Origin: an uncultured delta proteobacterium
GTDB lineage: Bacteria; Myxococcota_A; Polyangia; Polyangiales; Polyangiaceae
Assembly (NCBI GenBank): GCA_963806225.1
Contig: CAWDXG010000004.1
Span: forward strand, 1,568,001 to 1,632,000
Direction of reading: 5' to 3'
DNA length: 64,000 nucleotides
The notes below the pieces were generated by a model. That model saw only the letters and a program-made list of their open reading frames with translations, searched no databases and was not told the DNA's origin. Below are positions 30,731-40,406 of the stretch, piece after piece (within the stretch, counting starts at the first letter, position 1; every line of letters begins with the position of its first letter). The translations under genes were made by a program, and so were the position numbers.

Positions 30731-31249
30731 GTGACTGGTTTCTTCGGACGACGACGCGACGCGGCCCCCGTCAGCGGACCTGGCGCCTCGCAGCTGTACG
30801 ACACTGTGCGCGCCCACCTCCGCGGTGCGGACGACGACTCGGTGCGGATCGTGACCGCCATCGCCGGACTGCTGGCGACCGTGGCCTACGCCGACAGGGA
30901 GTGGTCGGACAAGGAAGAGCAGAGGCTGCGCGCCGAGCTCGGTCGCGTCAACGGGCTCGAAGCGGACGGTGTGGCTGCGATCCAGAGCGCTCTTCGCGAA
31001 AACGTCGTCGAGATCTCGACCACACAGACTCCGCACTACACGCGCGACCTGCGTGCCCTGGCCGATCGCGACCTCCGGCTGGAGGTGCTCGACGTGCTGG
31101 TCGATCTCGCCGCCGCCGACGGGAGCATCTCCTTCGACGAAGTCACAGTTCTGCGCAACACGGCAACCGCCCTCGGGCTGACGCAGGACGACTACAACGC
31201 GATCCAGGATCGCTACCGCGACAAACTGTCGTTCCTTCATTCGTCCTGA
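30731..31249 (+). CDS. TerB/DjlA-N-like family protein
   Basis: VAYADREWSDKEEQRL..LAAADGSISFDE..ATALGL. Confidence 0.8.
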   Translation: MTGFFGRRRDAAPVSGPGASQLYDTVRAHLRGADDDSVRIVTAIAGLLATVAYADREWSDKEEQRLRAELGRVNGLEADGVAAIQSALRENVVEISTTQTPHYTRDLRALADRDLRLEVLDVLVDLAAADGSISFDEVTVLRNTATALGLTQDDYNAIQDRYRDKLSFLHSS

Positions 31250-31371
31250 CCGGCAGGTGACGCATCGCGGCGCGGGCGCGCGCGTCGATTGCCGGCGACG
31301 AGGAGCGCCCCGCTCTGTTATCCTGGGATGCTCTGTCGACGTTACCCACACGGGGGGTCACCGCGCTGGCG

Positions 31372-32115
31372 TTGCTGTTCTCCGTTTGCGGCTGGAGCTG
31401 CGCCGCACGCTGGCCTGCCCCGCGTACGGCCATGGCAGCGGCAGCGCCAGCGCACGATCCCGTAGCCGCGATGCGCACGCGCATCGAAGCCCAGCCGGTG
31501 TGCGTGATCTCGGAAGTGTGGTCGGCGGGGCGCCTCGGCTCGAGCGTGCTGTACCGCTTCCGGCGTGACGGCGATCGCCTGCGCGTCGGCTACTTCGTGT
31601 ACTGGTCGACCGAGCGTCCGTGGGGCAACAACGTGCTGACCTACGCCGGCGTCCCTGCCCTGCTCACCGACGCTTTCTACTCGCATTTCCTGTTCGCTCT
31701 TCCCGGCGCGCGAAGCGTCCTCTACGGCCCGGGCGACGTGGAGGGCGCACGCGTCGACTACCGTATCCGGCCCGACGGCAGCCTGGCTGTGCTCGGGGGC
31801 ATGGCGAACGACGCGACCCACCGGGAGGTCAAGCTGTCACGTTCGGATCTTCTGGACGCGCGCGGTCGCGTGATCCTGATGACGCGCGTGTGGAGCCACC
31901 AGCTCGGAGCACACGGAGGAGCCGCCTACGCAGCCCACCGCTCCGGCGCTCTGAGTTGCTTTGACCAGAGGTCGCTCGAGCCGCTCTCGACGCGCGTAGC
32001 GCAGGCGCTCCGCCTGGGCACCGAGCGCGCGCCCCGTCGCGCGGTTCCCGCGTGGCAGCTTGCTCCCTCGACGCAGCGCGTCGCCGCGCCGCGCCGGAAC
32101 GCACACCACCTGTAG
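31372..32115 (+). CDS. Hypothetical, probably secreted, protein
   Basis: Coding-like ORF (GYFVYWSTERPWG..YGPGDVEG); no family recognised and the start is uncertain. Confidence 0.55.
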   Translation: MLFSVCGWSCAARWPAPRTAMAAAAPAHDPVAAMRTRIEAQPVCVISEVWSAGRLGSSVLYRFRRDGDRLRVGYFVYWSTERPWGNNVLTYAGVPALLTDAFYSHFLFALPGARSVLYGPGDVEGARVDYRIRPDGSLAVLGGMANDATHREVKLSRSDLLDARGRVILMTRVWSHQLGAHGGAAYAAHRSGALSCFDQRSLEPLSTRVAQALRLGTERAPRRAVPAWQLAPSTQRVAAPRRNAHHL

Positions 32116-32123
32116 CCGTGCCG

Positions 32124-33218
32124 CTACGGCAGGGGGTGAGCCTGGAAGAAGTCGAGCATGGTGCTGGTAGCGTCGAGATCGCTGCTGGTCTTGCCGAGCG
32201 GCGGCACCGGCAGCCCGCCCGGCCAGGTGTGACCGCCACCATCGATCGTGCAGAGCACCGTCGTCGCCCGGGCCTGGCAGTCCGGCCACTCCACGCACGT
32301 GGCATCGCCGTGCTGGTAGATCGTCTTCTTGTCGCCGCTGCAGCCGTTGTTGAGCTGCCAGAACCTCATCGTGTCGGCAACGGACGTGAAAACCAGACCG
32401 GCGCCGAGTGTCGGCAGGATGGGTGTGCCCCCGTCGTAGGGAACGAGCGGATCGCTGGTTCCGTGAAAATCGATGATCGGCAGCGGACGTGATGGCTTGC
32501 ACTGGCTCGCCGGCAGCCCCAGCACGCCCGCCACCGGCGCAATTGCCGCAAAGCGGTCGGCGAGCTCGCAGCCGACGCGGTGCGAGAAGAAGCCGCCGTT
32601 GCTCATCCCCGTCGCGTAGACGCGCTTGGGGTCGATGCAGTAGTCGCTCTCGAGCTTGTCGAGCAGCGCCTTGGTGAACGCGATGTCGTCCACGCTGTCG
32701 GTCCAGGCCGTGCCGCAGCAGTCACCGGCGTTCCAGCTCGTGGCCACCCCCTCCGGATAGGCAACGATGAACCCGCGCTGGTCCGCCGCGCCGCTCATCC
32801 GGCTCAAGAGCGCTTCCTGCCAGCCCGCCGAGCTGAAGCCGTGGAAGTTCAACACCAGCATGCTCCCGTGCGTCGGATCGTACGAATCGGGCACGTGCAC
32901 GATGCTGGTCCGCGGAAGACCTCCGGACTGCAGGCTGATGGTGCGCTCGCCCGGCTTGCCGGTCTTGCCGCTGCATGTGAAGGCGCCCGCCTCCTGCGCC
33001 CCTCCCTCGAAGCCGGGATGCGGCCCGGGAGCGGCGTCGGGATACGGATCAGCGTCCGGCCAGACGATTCCGGCGTCGGTCGCTACGGGTCCCGCGTCCG
33101 CCGAGGCGTCGCCCGTCGAAGTGAAGCCGGGGCTCTGCTCGCTGGACCCGCAGCCGGCGAGCGAGAGCGCCAGAGCGACCGAGGCAGCGGTCAACCAGCG
33201 AGGGGACATCCGCTTCAC
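32124..33218 (-). CDS. PHB-depolymerase/LpqC-like esterase lipoprotein
   Basis: Lipobox LAGC, LNFHG, GMSNGG nucleophile elbow, HGTSDPLV, GGGHTWPG. Confidence 0.88.
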   Translation of the reverse strand: MKRMSPRWLTAASVALALSLAGCGSSEQSPGFTSTGDASADAGPVATDAGIVWPDADPYPDAAPGPHPGFEGGAQEAGAFTCSGKTGKPGERTISLQSGGLPRTSIVHVPDSYDPTHGSMLVLNFHGFSSAGWQEALLSRMSGAADQRGFIVAYPEGVATSWNAGDCCGTAWTDSVDDIAFTKALLDKLESDYCIDPKRVYATGMSNGGFFSHRVGCELADRFAAIAPVAGVLGLPASQCKPSRPLPIIDFHGTSDPLVPYDGGTPILPTLGAGLVFTSVADTMRFWQLNNGCSGDKKTIYQHGDATCVEWPDCQARATTVLCTIDGGGHTWPGGLPVPPLGKTSSDLDATSTMLDFFQAHPLP

Positions 33219-33274
33219 CAGAAAAACGTACCCCAGGACCGGACCGGTTGACCACCGTACGCGGGGCGGCGGGC

Positions 33275-33949
33275 CTAGCCGGTCCCGGCGTCCGCAACCC
33301 CGCCCGTTCCGCCGGCCCCCGACGCGCCACCGGACCCGGCGCTGCCGCCGCTCCCGGCCGTACCGCCCGTGCCTGCGGTGCCGCCCGTGCCCGCGGTGCC
33401 GCCCGTGCCCGCGGTGCCGCCCGTGCCTGCGGTGCCGCCCGTGCCCGCGGTGCCGCCCGTGCCTGCGGTGCCGCCCGTGCCCGCGGTGCCGCCCGCGCCC
33501 GCGGTGCCGCCCGCGCCCGCGGTGCCGCCCGTGCCTGCGGTGCCGCCCGCGCCTGCGGTGCCGCCCGCGCCTGCGGTGCCGCCCGTGCCTGCGGTGCCGC
33601 CCGCGCCCGCGGTGCCGCCCGCGCCTGCGGTGCCGCCCGCGCCCGCGGTGCCGCCCGCGCCTGCGGTGCCGCCCGCGCCTGCGGTGCCGCCCGCGCCTGC
33701 GGTGCCGCCCGCGCCTCCGGTGCCGCCCGTGTCGGCCGACGCGTCCACCGCCGCATCACCCCCGTCCATTCCGGCGCTTCCGTCCATCGCAACGTCGGAC
33801 TCCGCATCCTTGTTGTTTGAATACGTCCCTCCGCCGCCATCGGTGCCACCGAGGTGGGGAGGATGCTCCTTCGCACCCGAGCACCCCGCGCCGATCGCTG
33901 CCCCCATCAGACAGGTCAGACACACCACACAAGCTCGTCGGACAGGCAT
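33275..33949 (-). CDS. Putative lipoprotein made almost entirely of GGTAG(A/T) repeats
   Basis: Signal-like MPVRRACVVCLTCLMGAAIGAGC, a DA-rich spacer, about 20 hexapeptide repeats, then the stop. Confidence 0.6.
   Translation of the reverse strand: MPVRRACVVCLTCLMGAAIGAGCSGAKEHPPHLGGTDGGGGTYSNNKDAESDVAMDGSAGMDGGDAAVDASADTGGTGGAGGTAGAGGTAGAGGTAGAGGTAGAGGTAGAGGTAGAGGTAGTGGTAGAGGTAGAGGTAGTGGTAGAGGTAGAGGTAGTGGTAGTGGTAGTGGTAGTGGTAGTGGTAGTGGTAGTGGTAGSGGSAGSGGASGAGGTGGVADAGTG
33350..33730. repeat. 18-bp tandem repeat, about 20 copies
   Basis: Units of gcccg(t/c)gcc(t/c)gcggtgcc. Confidence 0.92.
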
Positions 33950-34070
33950 CGAGAACTCCGCATCCGGAAACGGCTGGTTTCCTGTCGCCATACTAGCACG
34001 GCAGCCGCTCCAGCTGTGCTGGTTTCCCGTCGGAAAACGGCGCACCGGCATGCTGCTATGCTGGCGGGCG

Positions 34071-34937
34071 ATGAAGCGGCAAGAGCGCGTGGACGCGGTC
34101 AACGGCATCCGGATATATTCCGTGGTGCAGGGCGACGGGCCGACCGTGCTGCTGTTGCACGGCTTTCCGGAGACGCACCGCTCGTGGGACCTGACGGTGC
34201 CGGCGCTAGTCGAAGCGGGCTACCGCAGCGTAGCACCCGACCTCCGCGGCTACGGCCGGAGCGACTCCCCGCGCGACGGCTACGATCTCGACACGCTGTC
34301 GGACGATATCGCGGAGTTGGTCGGTGCGCTGGGGGAGGGACCGGTAGCGCTCGTCGGACACGACTGGGGCGGCGCAATCGCCTGGCACACCGCCAGCCGC
34401 TATCCCGAGCGGTTCAGCAAGTTGGTCGTCATCGACTGCCCGCACCCGGCATTGATGGCCAAGGCCATGCGCAACAACCCCCGGCAGCGGCGGCGCAGCT
34501 GGTACATGTTCTTCTTCCAGCTGCCTCGTGTGCCGGAGCTCTGGCTCTCCGCGAACGGCGGCCGGAATCTCTCGCGCATGTTCCGCGCCGGCTCGCCCGG
34601 CGATGCCGCCGTCCCGCGCGAGCTGGTCCTGGGCGAGACGCGCGAGCTGCTTGGACCGCGCGGACTCCGCGGCCCCCTCGCCTACTACCGCACGATGTTC
34701 CGGAGCTCGTTCGTACCGATGCTGACGGGCCGCGTCGCGGACGACTACGGCCCGATCAAGCTGCCCGTCACCGTGATCTGGGGGGAGGAAGACAGCTGTC
34801 TCGGCAGCGAGCTCATCGACGGCAGCGAGCGCTTCGCGCCGGACCTGACGGTCCACCGCGTGTCCGCTGCAGGGCATTTCGTGCACCAGGAACGCCCCGA
34901 CATCGTGAACCCGCTGCTGCTCCGGGCGCTCGCCTAG
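34071..34937 (+). CDS. Epoxide hydrolase-like alpha/beta hydrolase
   Basis: LLHGFPE, DLRGYG, GHDWGG, WGEED, GHFV. Confidence 0.9.
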   Translation: MKRQERVDAVNGIRIYSVVQGDGPTVLLLHGFPETHRSWDLTVPALVEAGYRSVAPDLRGYGRSDSPRDGYDLDTLSDDIAELVGALGEGPVALVGHDWGGAIAWHTASRYPERFSKLVVIDCPHPALMAKAMRNNPRQRRRSWYMFFFQLPRVPELWLSANGGRNLSRMFRAGSPGDAAVPRELVLGETRELLGPRGLRGPLAYYRTMFRSSFVPMLTGRVADDYGPIKLPVTVIWGEEDSCLGSELIDGSERFAPDLTVHRVSAAGHFVHQERPDIVNPLLLRALA

Positions 34938-34969
34938 CCAAACGCGCTTTCGTCGCGTAGATCGGCTCC

Positions 34970-36127
34970 ATGTCGCCCGAGCCCGGAAGCCGTATGCGCT
35001 TCCTCAAGCAGTCCGAGATCCGCAAAATGACGCTGGAGTGCACGCGCGTCGGCGGAGTGAACCTCTCGCAGGGTGTGTGCGACACGCCCGTCCCGCCCGA
35101 GGTGCGCCGCGCCGCGCAGGCCGCCATCGACGAAGGCGTGAACACGTACACGCGCTACGACGGTCTCGCCGAGCTCCGGACGCAGCTGGCCGCCAAGCTC
35201 GAGCGCTACAACGGTCTGGAGTACGACCCGGAGCAGAGCATCGTCGTGACGAGCGGCGCGACGGGCGCGTTCTACGGCGCATGCCTGGGCCTGTTCGACC
35301 CCGGCGACGAGGCGATCCTGTTCGCGCCCTACTACGGCTACCACGTCGACACGCTGCGCGCGCTCTCGGTGGAGCCGCGGTTCGTGACGCTCGACCCACC
35401 GACCTGGCAGTTCTCGCGCGCGGCTCTCGAAGGCCTGGTGGGCGAGCGGACGCGCGCCATCATCGTGAACACGCCCGCCAACCCTTCCGGCAAAGTCTTC
35501 AGCCGCGACGAGCTGGAGGTCATCGCCGATTTCGCGATAGAGCATGACCTGTTCGTGATCACCGACGAGATCTACGAGCACTTCCTCTACGACGGCCACG
35601 TCCACACCAGTCCCGCAGCGCTGCCGGGCATGGCCGAGCGCACCATCACCATCAGCGGACTGAGCAAGACGTTCTCGATCACGGGCTGGCGCATCGGCTT
35701 CTCCGCGAGCACGCCGCGGCTGGCTCGCATGCTCGGTACCATCAACGATCTGGTGTACGTGTGCGCGCCCGCGCCGCTTCAGCTCGGAGTCGCGCGCGGC
35801 CTGGAAGTGCTCGGTCCCGTCTTCTACGAGTCGCTGGTAGCCGAATACACGCTGAAGCGCGATCGCATCTGCACCGCGCTCGACCGCGCAGGCATCACGC
35901 CGTACGTGCCCGAGGGCGCCTACTACGTGCTCGCCGACACCTCAAAGCTCCCGGGCAAGGACAGCAAGGAGCGCGCAATGCACTTGCTGGAGACGACCGG
36001 TGTGGCCGCTGTGCCCGGCGAGGCCTTCTACCCGGACGGCAAGGGCAAGACGCTGGCGCGCTTCTGCTTTGCGAAGACCGACGAAGCCCTGGACGAGGCC
36101 TGCCGGCGGCTGGAGCGACTCGGCTAG
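34970..36127 (+). CDS. PLP-dependent class I/II aminotransferase
   Basis: NTPANPSGKV, TDEIYE, SKTFSITGWRIG. Confidence 0.92.
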   Translation: MSPEPGSRMRFLKQSEIRKMTLECTRVGGVNLSQGVCDTPVPPEVRRAAQAAIDEGVNTYTRYDGLAELRTQLAAKLERYNGLEYDPEQSIVVTSGATGAFYGACLGLFDPGDEAILFAPYYGYHVDTLRALSVEPRFVTLDPPTWQFSRAALEGLVGERTRAIIVNTPANPSGKVFSRDELEVIADFAIEHDLFVITDEIYEHFLYDGHVHTSPAALPGMAERTITISGLSKTFSITGWRIGFSASTPRLARMLGTINDLVYVCAPAPLQLGVARGLEVLGPVFYESLVAEYTLKRDRICTALDRAGITPYVPEGAYYVLADTSKLPGKDSKERAMHLLETTGVAAVPGEAFYPDGKGKTLARFCFAKTDEALDEACRRLERLG

Positions 36128-36139
36128 AATCGAGGTCCC

Positions 36140-37279
36140 ATGTCCGACACATTGTTCGACGAATCGCACGAGCTCTACAGGAAGACCTGCCTGCGCTTCG
36201 CCAAGGAGCGCATCGAACCGCACGCCGTGGAGTGGGAAGAGGCGGAGAGCTTCCCGCGCGAGCTGTATCGCGAGGCGGCCGAAGCCGGCATCCTGGGCGT
36301 CAGCTTTCCCGAGGAGTACGGCGGAGGCGGCGGCGACGTGCTGCACAGCGTGATCACCATCGAGGCGCTGCTCACCGGCGGCTCTACGGGCGTCATGGTC
36401 GGGCTCGGTTCGCTGGGCATCGCGCTGCCGCCCGTGTTCATCCTGGGGAGCGAGGAGCAGAAGCGCCGCTTCGTGCCGCCCGTGCTCGCGGGCGAGAAGA
36501 TCGCCGCGCTGGCCATCACCGAGCCCGGCACCGGCAGCGACGTGGCGGGCATCCGCACGCGCGCCATCCGTGACGGCGATCACTACGTGCTGAGCGGCTC
36601 CAAGCTCTTCATCACCAGCGGCGTGCGTGCCGATCTCGTGACCGTGCTGGCCCGCACCGGTGACGACCCACACGGCGGCCTCACCTTCTTCGTGGTCGAA
36701 CGCGACATGCCAGGCTTTTCCGTCTCACGCGCGCTGAAGAAAACCGGCTGGTGGGCGAGCGACACGGCGGAGCTCGCTTTCGACGAGGTGCGCGTACCGG
36801 TGGAAAACCGGCTCGGCGAAGAGGGCTCCGGCTTCGTTGCCCTGATGCGGAACTTCCAGAACGAGCGACTCGCGCTCGCCGTCTACGGCCACGCCACGGC
36901 GCAAGTGGCCCTCGAAGACGCCATCGCCTACGCCAAGGAGCGCGAGGCGTTCGGCCGCCCCATCGTCGGCTTCCAGGTAACGCGCCACAAGCTGGCCGGC
37001 ATGGCGACCCAGGTCGCCGCGGCCCGGGCGTTCAACTACGACGTGGCGCGCCGCGTCGCGGCAGGCGAATACCTGGTCGGCGAGGTCAGCATGGCGAAGA
37101 ACTTCTCGGCCCGCGTGGCACAGGAGGTCTGCTACGAGGCCGTGCAGATCTTCGGCGGCATGGGCTACATGCGCGAGACGCGCGTAGAGCGGCTGGCCCG
37201 GGACGCGCGTCTGCTGCCGATCGGCGGGGGCACCAGCGAGGTGATGAACGAGATCATCGCCAAGAGCCTGGGGCTCTAG
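36140..37279 (+). CDS. Acyl-CoA dehydrogenase
   Basis: LAITEPGTGSDV, GSKLFITSG, ERL, QIFGGMGY, IGGGTSE. Confidence 0.93.
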   Translation: MSDTLFDESHELYRKTCLRFAKERIEPHAVEWEEAESFPRELYREAAEAGILGVSFPEEYGGGGGDVLHSVITIEALLTGGSTGVMVGLGSLGIALPPVFILGSEEQKRRFVPPVLAGEKIAALAITEPGTGSDVAGIRTRAIRDGDHYVLSGSKLFITSGVRADLVTVLARTGDDPHGGLTFFVVERDMPGFSVSRALKKTGWWASDTAELAFDEVRVPVENRLGEEGSGFVALMRNFQNERLALAVYGHATAQVALEDAIAYAKEREAFGRPIVGFQVTRHKLAGMATQVAAARAFNYDVARRVAAGEYLVGEVSMAKNFSARVAQEVCYEAVQIFGGMGYMRETRVERLARDARLLPIGGGTSEVMNEIIAKSLGL

Positions 37280-37359
37280 CGCGCCCGCGGGACAAGGTTT
37301 CACCGCCCGGCTACAAACCCGAAACGCGGCGGTCACACGGCACGGCTAGCCTGCAAGGC

Positions 37360-37728
37360 ATGATCACGACGGAAGTCGCGTTCCAAGGCAGCCAGCACGG
37401 CATCCTGTCCCGGCTCGAGGTCCGGTCGAGTGGACCCAACCTGATGTCGGCGCTCCGACAAGCGCTGTTCGACCTGCGCGTACAGGTGGTGCGCGCGACG
37501 ACGCGCAACGAGGGCGAGCACCAGGTGGCCGAGCTGGACGTGGTCGAGTTCGACGGCGCGGCGCTCCGCCCCGCTCGCCGGCACCGGATCCAGGCCGAGC
37601 TCAGCGCGCTCTTGACCGCGCGCATCCAACCGCCGCCAGCCGCGGCACCGCCCGTTCGGCGCGGTTGGAAGCGCCGCTCTCGTCGCGCCGCGTCCGCCGT
37701 GGTCGCGGACTCACGAGTTTCGTGGTAG
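37360..37728 (+). CDS. Small ACT-like domain protein
   Basis: LEVRSSGPNLMSALRQALFDLRVQVVRA..DVVEFDGAAL resembles a GlnD C-terminal ACT domain. Confidence 0.5.
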   Translation: MITTEVAFQGSQHGILSRLEVRSSGPNLMSALRQALFDLRVQVVRATTRNEGEHQVAELDVVEFDGAALRPARRHRIQAELSALLTARIQPPPAAAPPVRRGWKRRSRRAASAVVADSRVSW

Positions 37729-37842
37729 CCACGGGCCTGTCACCGGTGTGTCACACGGCGGCCGCACGCTCTCCGCGGCCGCAACATGCAGGCGCCTTCG
37801 CACGTCATCCGCTTCCCAGCACCGGCTGCCCGGAGAAGCTTC

Positions 37843-39405
37843 GTGAAGCTGGCAGCAATCGACATCGGCTCGAACTCCGTGCACATGATCATCGTGGGCA
37901 CGCACGGCGAGCACTCCTTCGAGGTCCTCGACCGCGAGAAGGAGATGGTGTTCCTCGGGCGCAGCGTGTTCGAGCACGGCCGCCTGACGGAGCAGGCGTT
38001 TTCCGCGGGGCTGGAGGCGATTTCCAAGCTCCACAAGCTGGCGCTGCGCCACGGCGTGGAGGAAGTACGCGCGGTGGCGACCTCGGCGGTGCGCGAAGCC
38101 GAAAACGGCGGGGAGTTCCTGTACGCCGTCGCCGATCAGACCGGCATCCTGCCGCAGGTCATCTCCGGCGCCGAGGAAGCCCACTACATCTACCTGGCCG
38201 TCCGCAACGCGATCGACCTGTCGAGCCGCACGGCGCTGGTGTTCGACGTGGGCGGGGGCAGCGTCGAGACCATCGTCGGCAACGCACGCGAGCTCTCGAG
38301 CGGCCGCAGCCTCAAACTGGGCGTGCAGCGCCTGCGCGCCGAGTTCGGCGGCGGCGCGCCGCTGTCCAAGCGCCAGAAGAAGGCGCTCGAGTCGCGCATC
38401 CGCGACGTGGCGGCCTCCACGATCGAAAAGGCACGCAAGAAGGGCTTCGATCTGGTCGTGGGCACCTCGGGCACCATCCTGGCGCTGGGACAGGCGGTGC
38501 ATCGCGCCCAGGGCCGCGAGCCGTGGACCACGCCCAGCGGCCAGGTGATCGAGCTCGGCGAGCTAAGCAACCTGACCGAACGCCTTGTGGCTATTCCCGC
38601 CGCCGAACGGGCCAACTTCGCGGGGGTGGACACGCGCCGCGCCGACACCATTCACGTCGGCGGTGTGCTGCTGACCAACCTGCTCGAGCTCGCCGGTGTG
38701 GACCGCATCACGCTGTGCGACTCGTCGCTGCGAGAAGGCGTGGTGCTCGACTACCTCGACCGCGCCGCGGAGGACATCCGCTCCTACGAGGTGGTGAGCG
38801 ATATCCGTCGCCACAGCGTGCTCGACATGGCGCGCCGCACCGGCCAGACGGGCCCGCATCCCGAACGGGTCGCGCGGCTATCGCTCGAGTTGTTCGACCA
38901 GACCCGGACCCTCCACCGCCTCGGCAGCTCCGATCGCGCCCTGCTCGAGTATGCGGCCATCCTGCACGACGTAGGCCAGCACATCGGCTACGAGCGCCAC
39001 GAGCAGCATGCCGCGTACATCATCCGGAACGGCGAGCTGCGCGGCTTCAGCGAGCAGGAACGCGAAGTCCTGGCCCTCCTCGCGCGCTATCACAGGAAGT
39101 CCCGCCCGAAGCGGCGCGACGCCGACTACACCGCCCTGCCCCGCCGCAGGCGCCGGTCGATCCGCGTCCTGGCCGGCATCCTTCGCGTAGCCGACGGCCT
39201 GGACCGCAGCCACCACCAGCTCGTGCGCAGCGTCCAGGTCGACCGGGAGGGCGAGCTGCTCACGATCCGGGTACAGGCCACCGGCGACAGCGAGCTGGAA
39301 GTATGGGGCGCGCGCCGCAAGTCCAAGCTGCTCGCCCGCGCGCTGGGCGTGAAGCTCCGCATCGTGGTCGAACCGGTCGCGTCGATCGCGTTGGAAAGCG
39401 CCTGA
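37843..39405 (+). CDS. ppx: Ppx/GppA exopolyphosphatase with HD domain
   Basis: AAIDIGSNS, ATSAVREA, DVGGGSVE, LREG, LHDVG. Confidence 0.92.
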   Translation: MKLAAIDIGSNSVHMIIVGTHGEHSFEVLDREKEMVFLGRSVFEHGRLTEQAFSAGLEAISKLHKLALRHGVEEVRAVATSAVREAENGGEFLYAVADQTGILPQVISGAEEAHYIYLAVRNAIDLSSRTALVFDVGGGSVETIVGNARELSSGRSLKLGVQRLRAEFGGGAPLSKRQKKALESRIRDVAASTIEKARKKGFDLVVGTSGTILALGQAVHRAQGREPWTTPSGQVIELGELSNLTERLVAIPAAERANFAGVDTRRADTIHVGGVLLTNLLELAGVDRITLCDSSLREGVVLDYLDRAAEDIRSYEVVSDIRRHSVLDMARRTGQTGPHPERVARLSLELFDQTRTLHRLGSSDRALLEYAAILHDVGQHIGYERHEQHAAYIIRNGELRGFSEQEREVLALLARYHRKSRPKRRDADYTALPRRRRRSIRVLAGILRVADGLDRSHHQLVRSVQVDREGELLTIRVQATGDSELEVWGARRKSKLLARALGVKLRIVVEPVASIALESA

Positions 39406-39456
39406 GCGCGGATTCGGCTTCCCGGACGAGCCGCGCCTGACTAGGTTCTCTCCCTC

Positions 39457-40344
39457 ATGATCGGCGTCGACTTCGGCGGGACCCACATCAAGGCCGGCAT
39501 CGTGGCGGAGGACGGCACGCTCGTCCGCTCCACGCTCATCGATACCAACGCGGGCGCGCCGCCGGACCAGATGTTCGACGCCATTGCCAACGTCGTGCGT
39601 TCGCTGGAGGACAAGCCCGACAGCGTCGGACTGGCCATCCCTGGCGAGGTCGATCCAGACGGGAGCTGCTGGCGCCTGCCCAACGTCCCCGGCTTCGAGG
39701 GCGTGCGCATCGCCGACGAGCTGTCCAGGCGGCTAGGATGCCGCGTCGTCGTCGAGAACGACGCCACCACCGCCGCGCTCGGCGAGCTGCTCTTCGGTCA
39801 CGGCAAGACCCACCCGAGCTTTCTGCTCGTCACGCTCGGCACCGGCATCGGCGGCGGTCTCGCGGTTTCTGGCAGGCTCCGCCGCGGCGCGCATGGCTTT
39901 GCCGGCGAGATCGGGCATCTGCGCATCGACACCTCCGACGGCGCATGGCCGTGCGGTTGCGGCAAGCACGGCTGCATGGAGGCGTACGCCGGCACCCAGG
40001 GACTGCTCCGGCGCTACGCCGAGCTCGGCCACACCGCGGACAGCATCCACCCCATCGCCGACGCCGCGCACGGCGGAGAGGCCGCAGCCCGGGACGTGTT
40101 CGGCGGCATGGGGCTCGCGCTCGGCAGAGGCCTGTCGCTGATCCAGAACGTGCTCGACCTCGATGCGCTGGTCTTCTCCGGCGGCATCTCCGCGTCCTTC
40201 GACCTGATCGAGCCGAGCCTGCGCTCGGAGCTCGCAGCGCGGGTCTTCGCCCCACCCCTCGCGAAGCTGCCGCTGCTCGTCAGCGAGGTGGGCGAGCACG
40301 CCGGCGTCATCGGCGCCGCGCATCTGCCGGTCACCGACCGCTGA
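39457..40344 (+). CDS. ROK family sugar kinase (glucokinase-like)
   Basis: GVDFGGT, END, LGTGIGGG, GEIGH, CGCGKHGCME. Confidence 0.92.
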   Translation: MIGVDFGGTHIKAGIVAEDGTLVRSTLIDTNAGAPPDQMFDAIANVVRSLEDKPDSVGLAIPGEVDPDGSCWRLPNVPGFEGVRIADELSRRLGCRVVVENDATTAALGELLFGHGKTHPSFLLVTLGTGIGGGLAVSGRLRRGAHGFAGEIGHLRIDTSDGAWPCGCGKHGCMEAYAGTQGLLRRYAELGHTADSIHPIADAAHGGEAAARDVFGGMGLALGRGLSLIQNVLDLDALVFSGGISASFDLIEPSLRSELAARVFAPPLAKLPLLVSEVGEHAGVIGAAHLPVTDR

Positions 40345-40406
40345 GTCAGTGAACGACGGCGCAGATCCGAGCGCGACCCGCGTTGGTCGGCGCGGGGCCT
40401 CTCACG

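Noticed and set aside
30731..31249. Tellurite-resistance or defence island
   Set aside because: Only a single TerB-like gene is present, with no other ter or defence genes.
33369..34070. PAVPPV-repeat extension on the epoxide hydrolase, and the similar ORF at 18106-18621
   Set aside because: These are antisense readings of GGTAG linker repeats.
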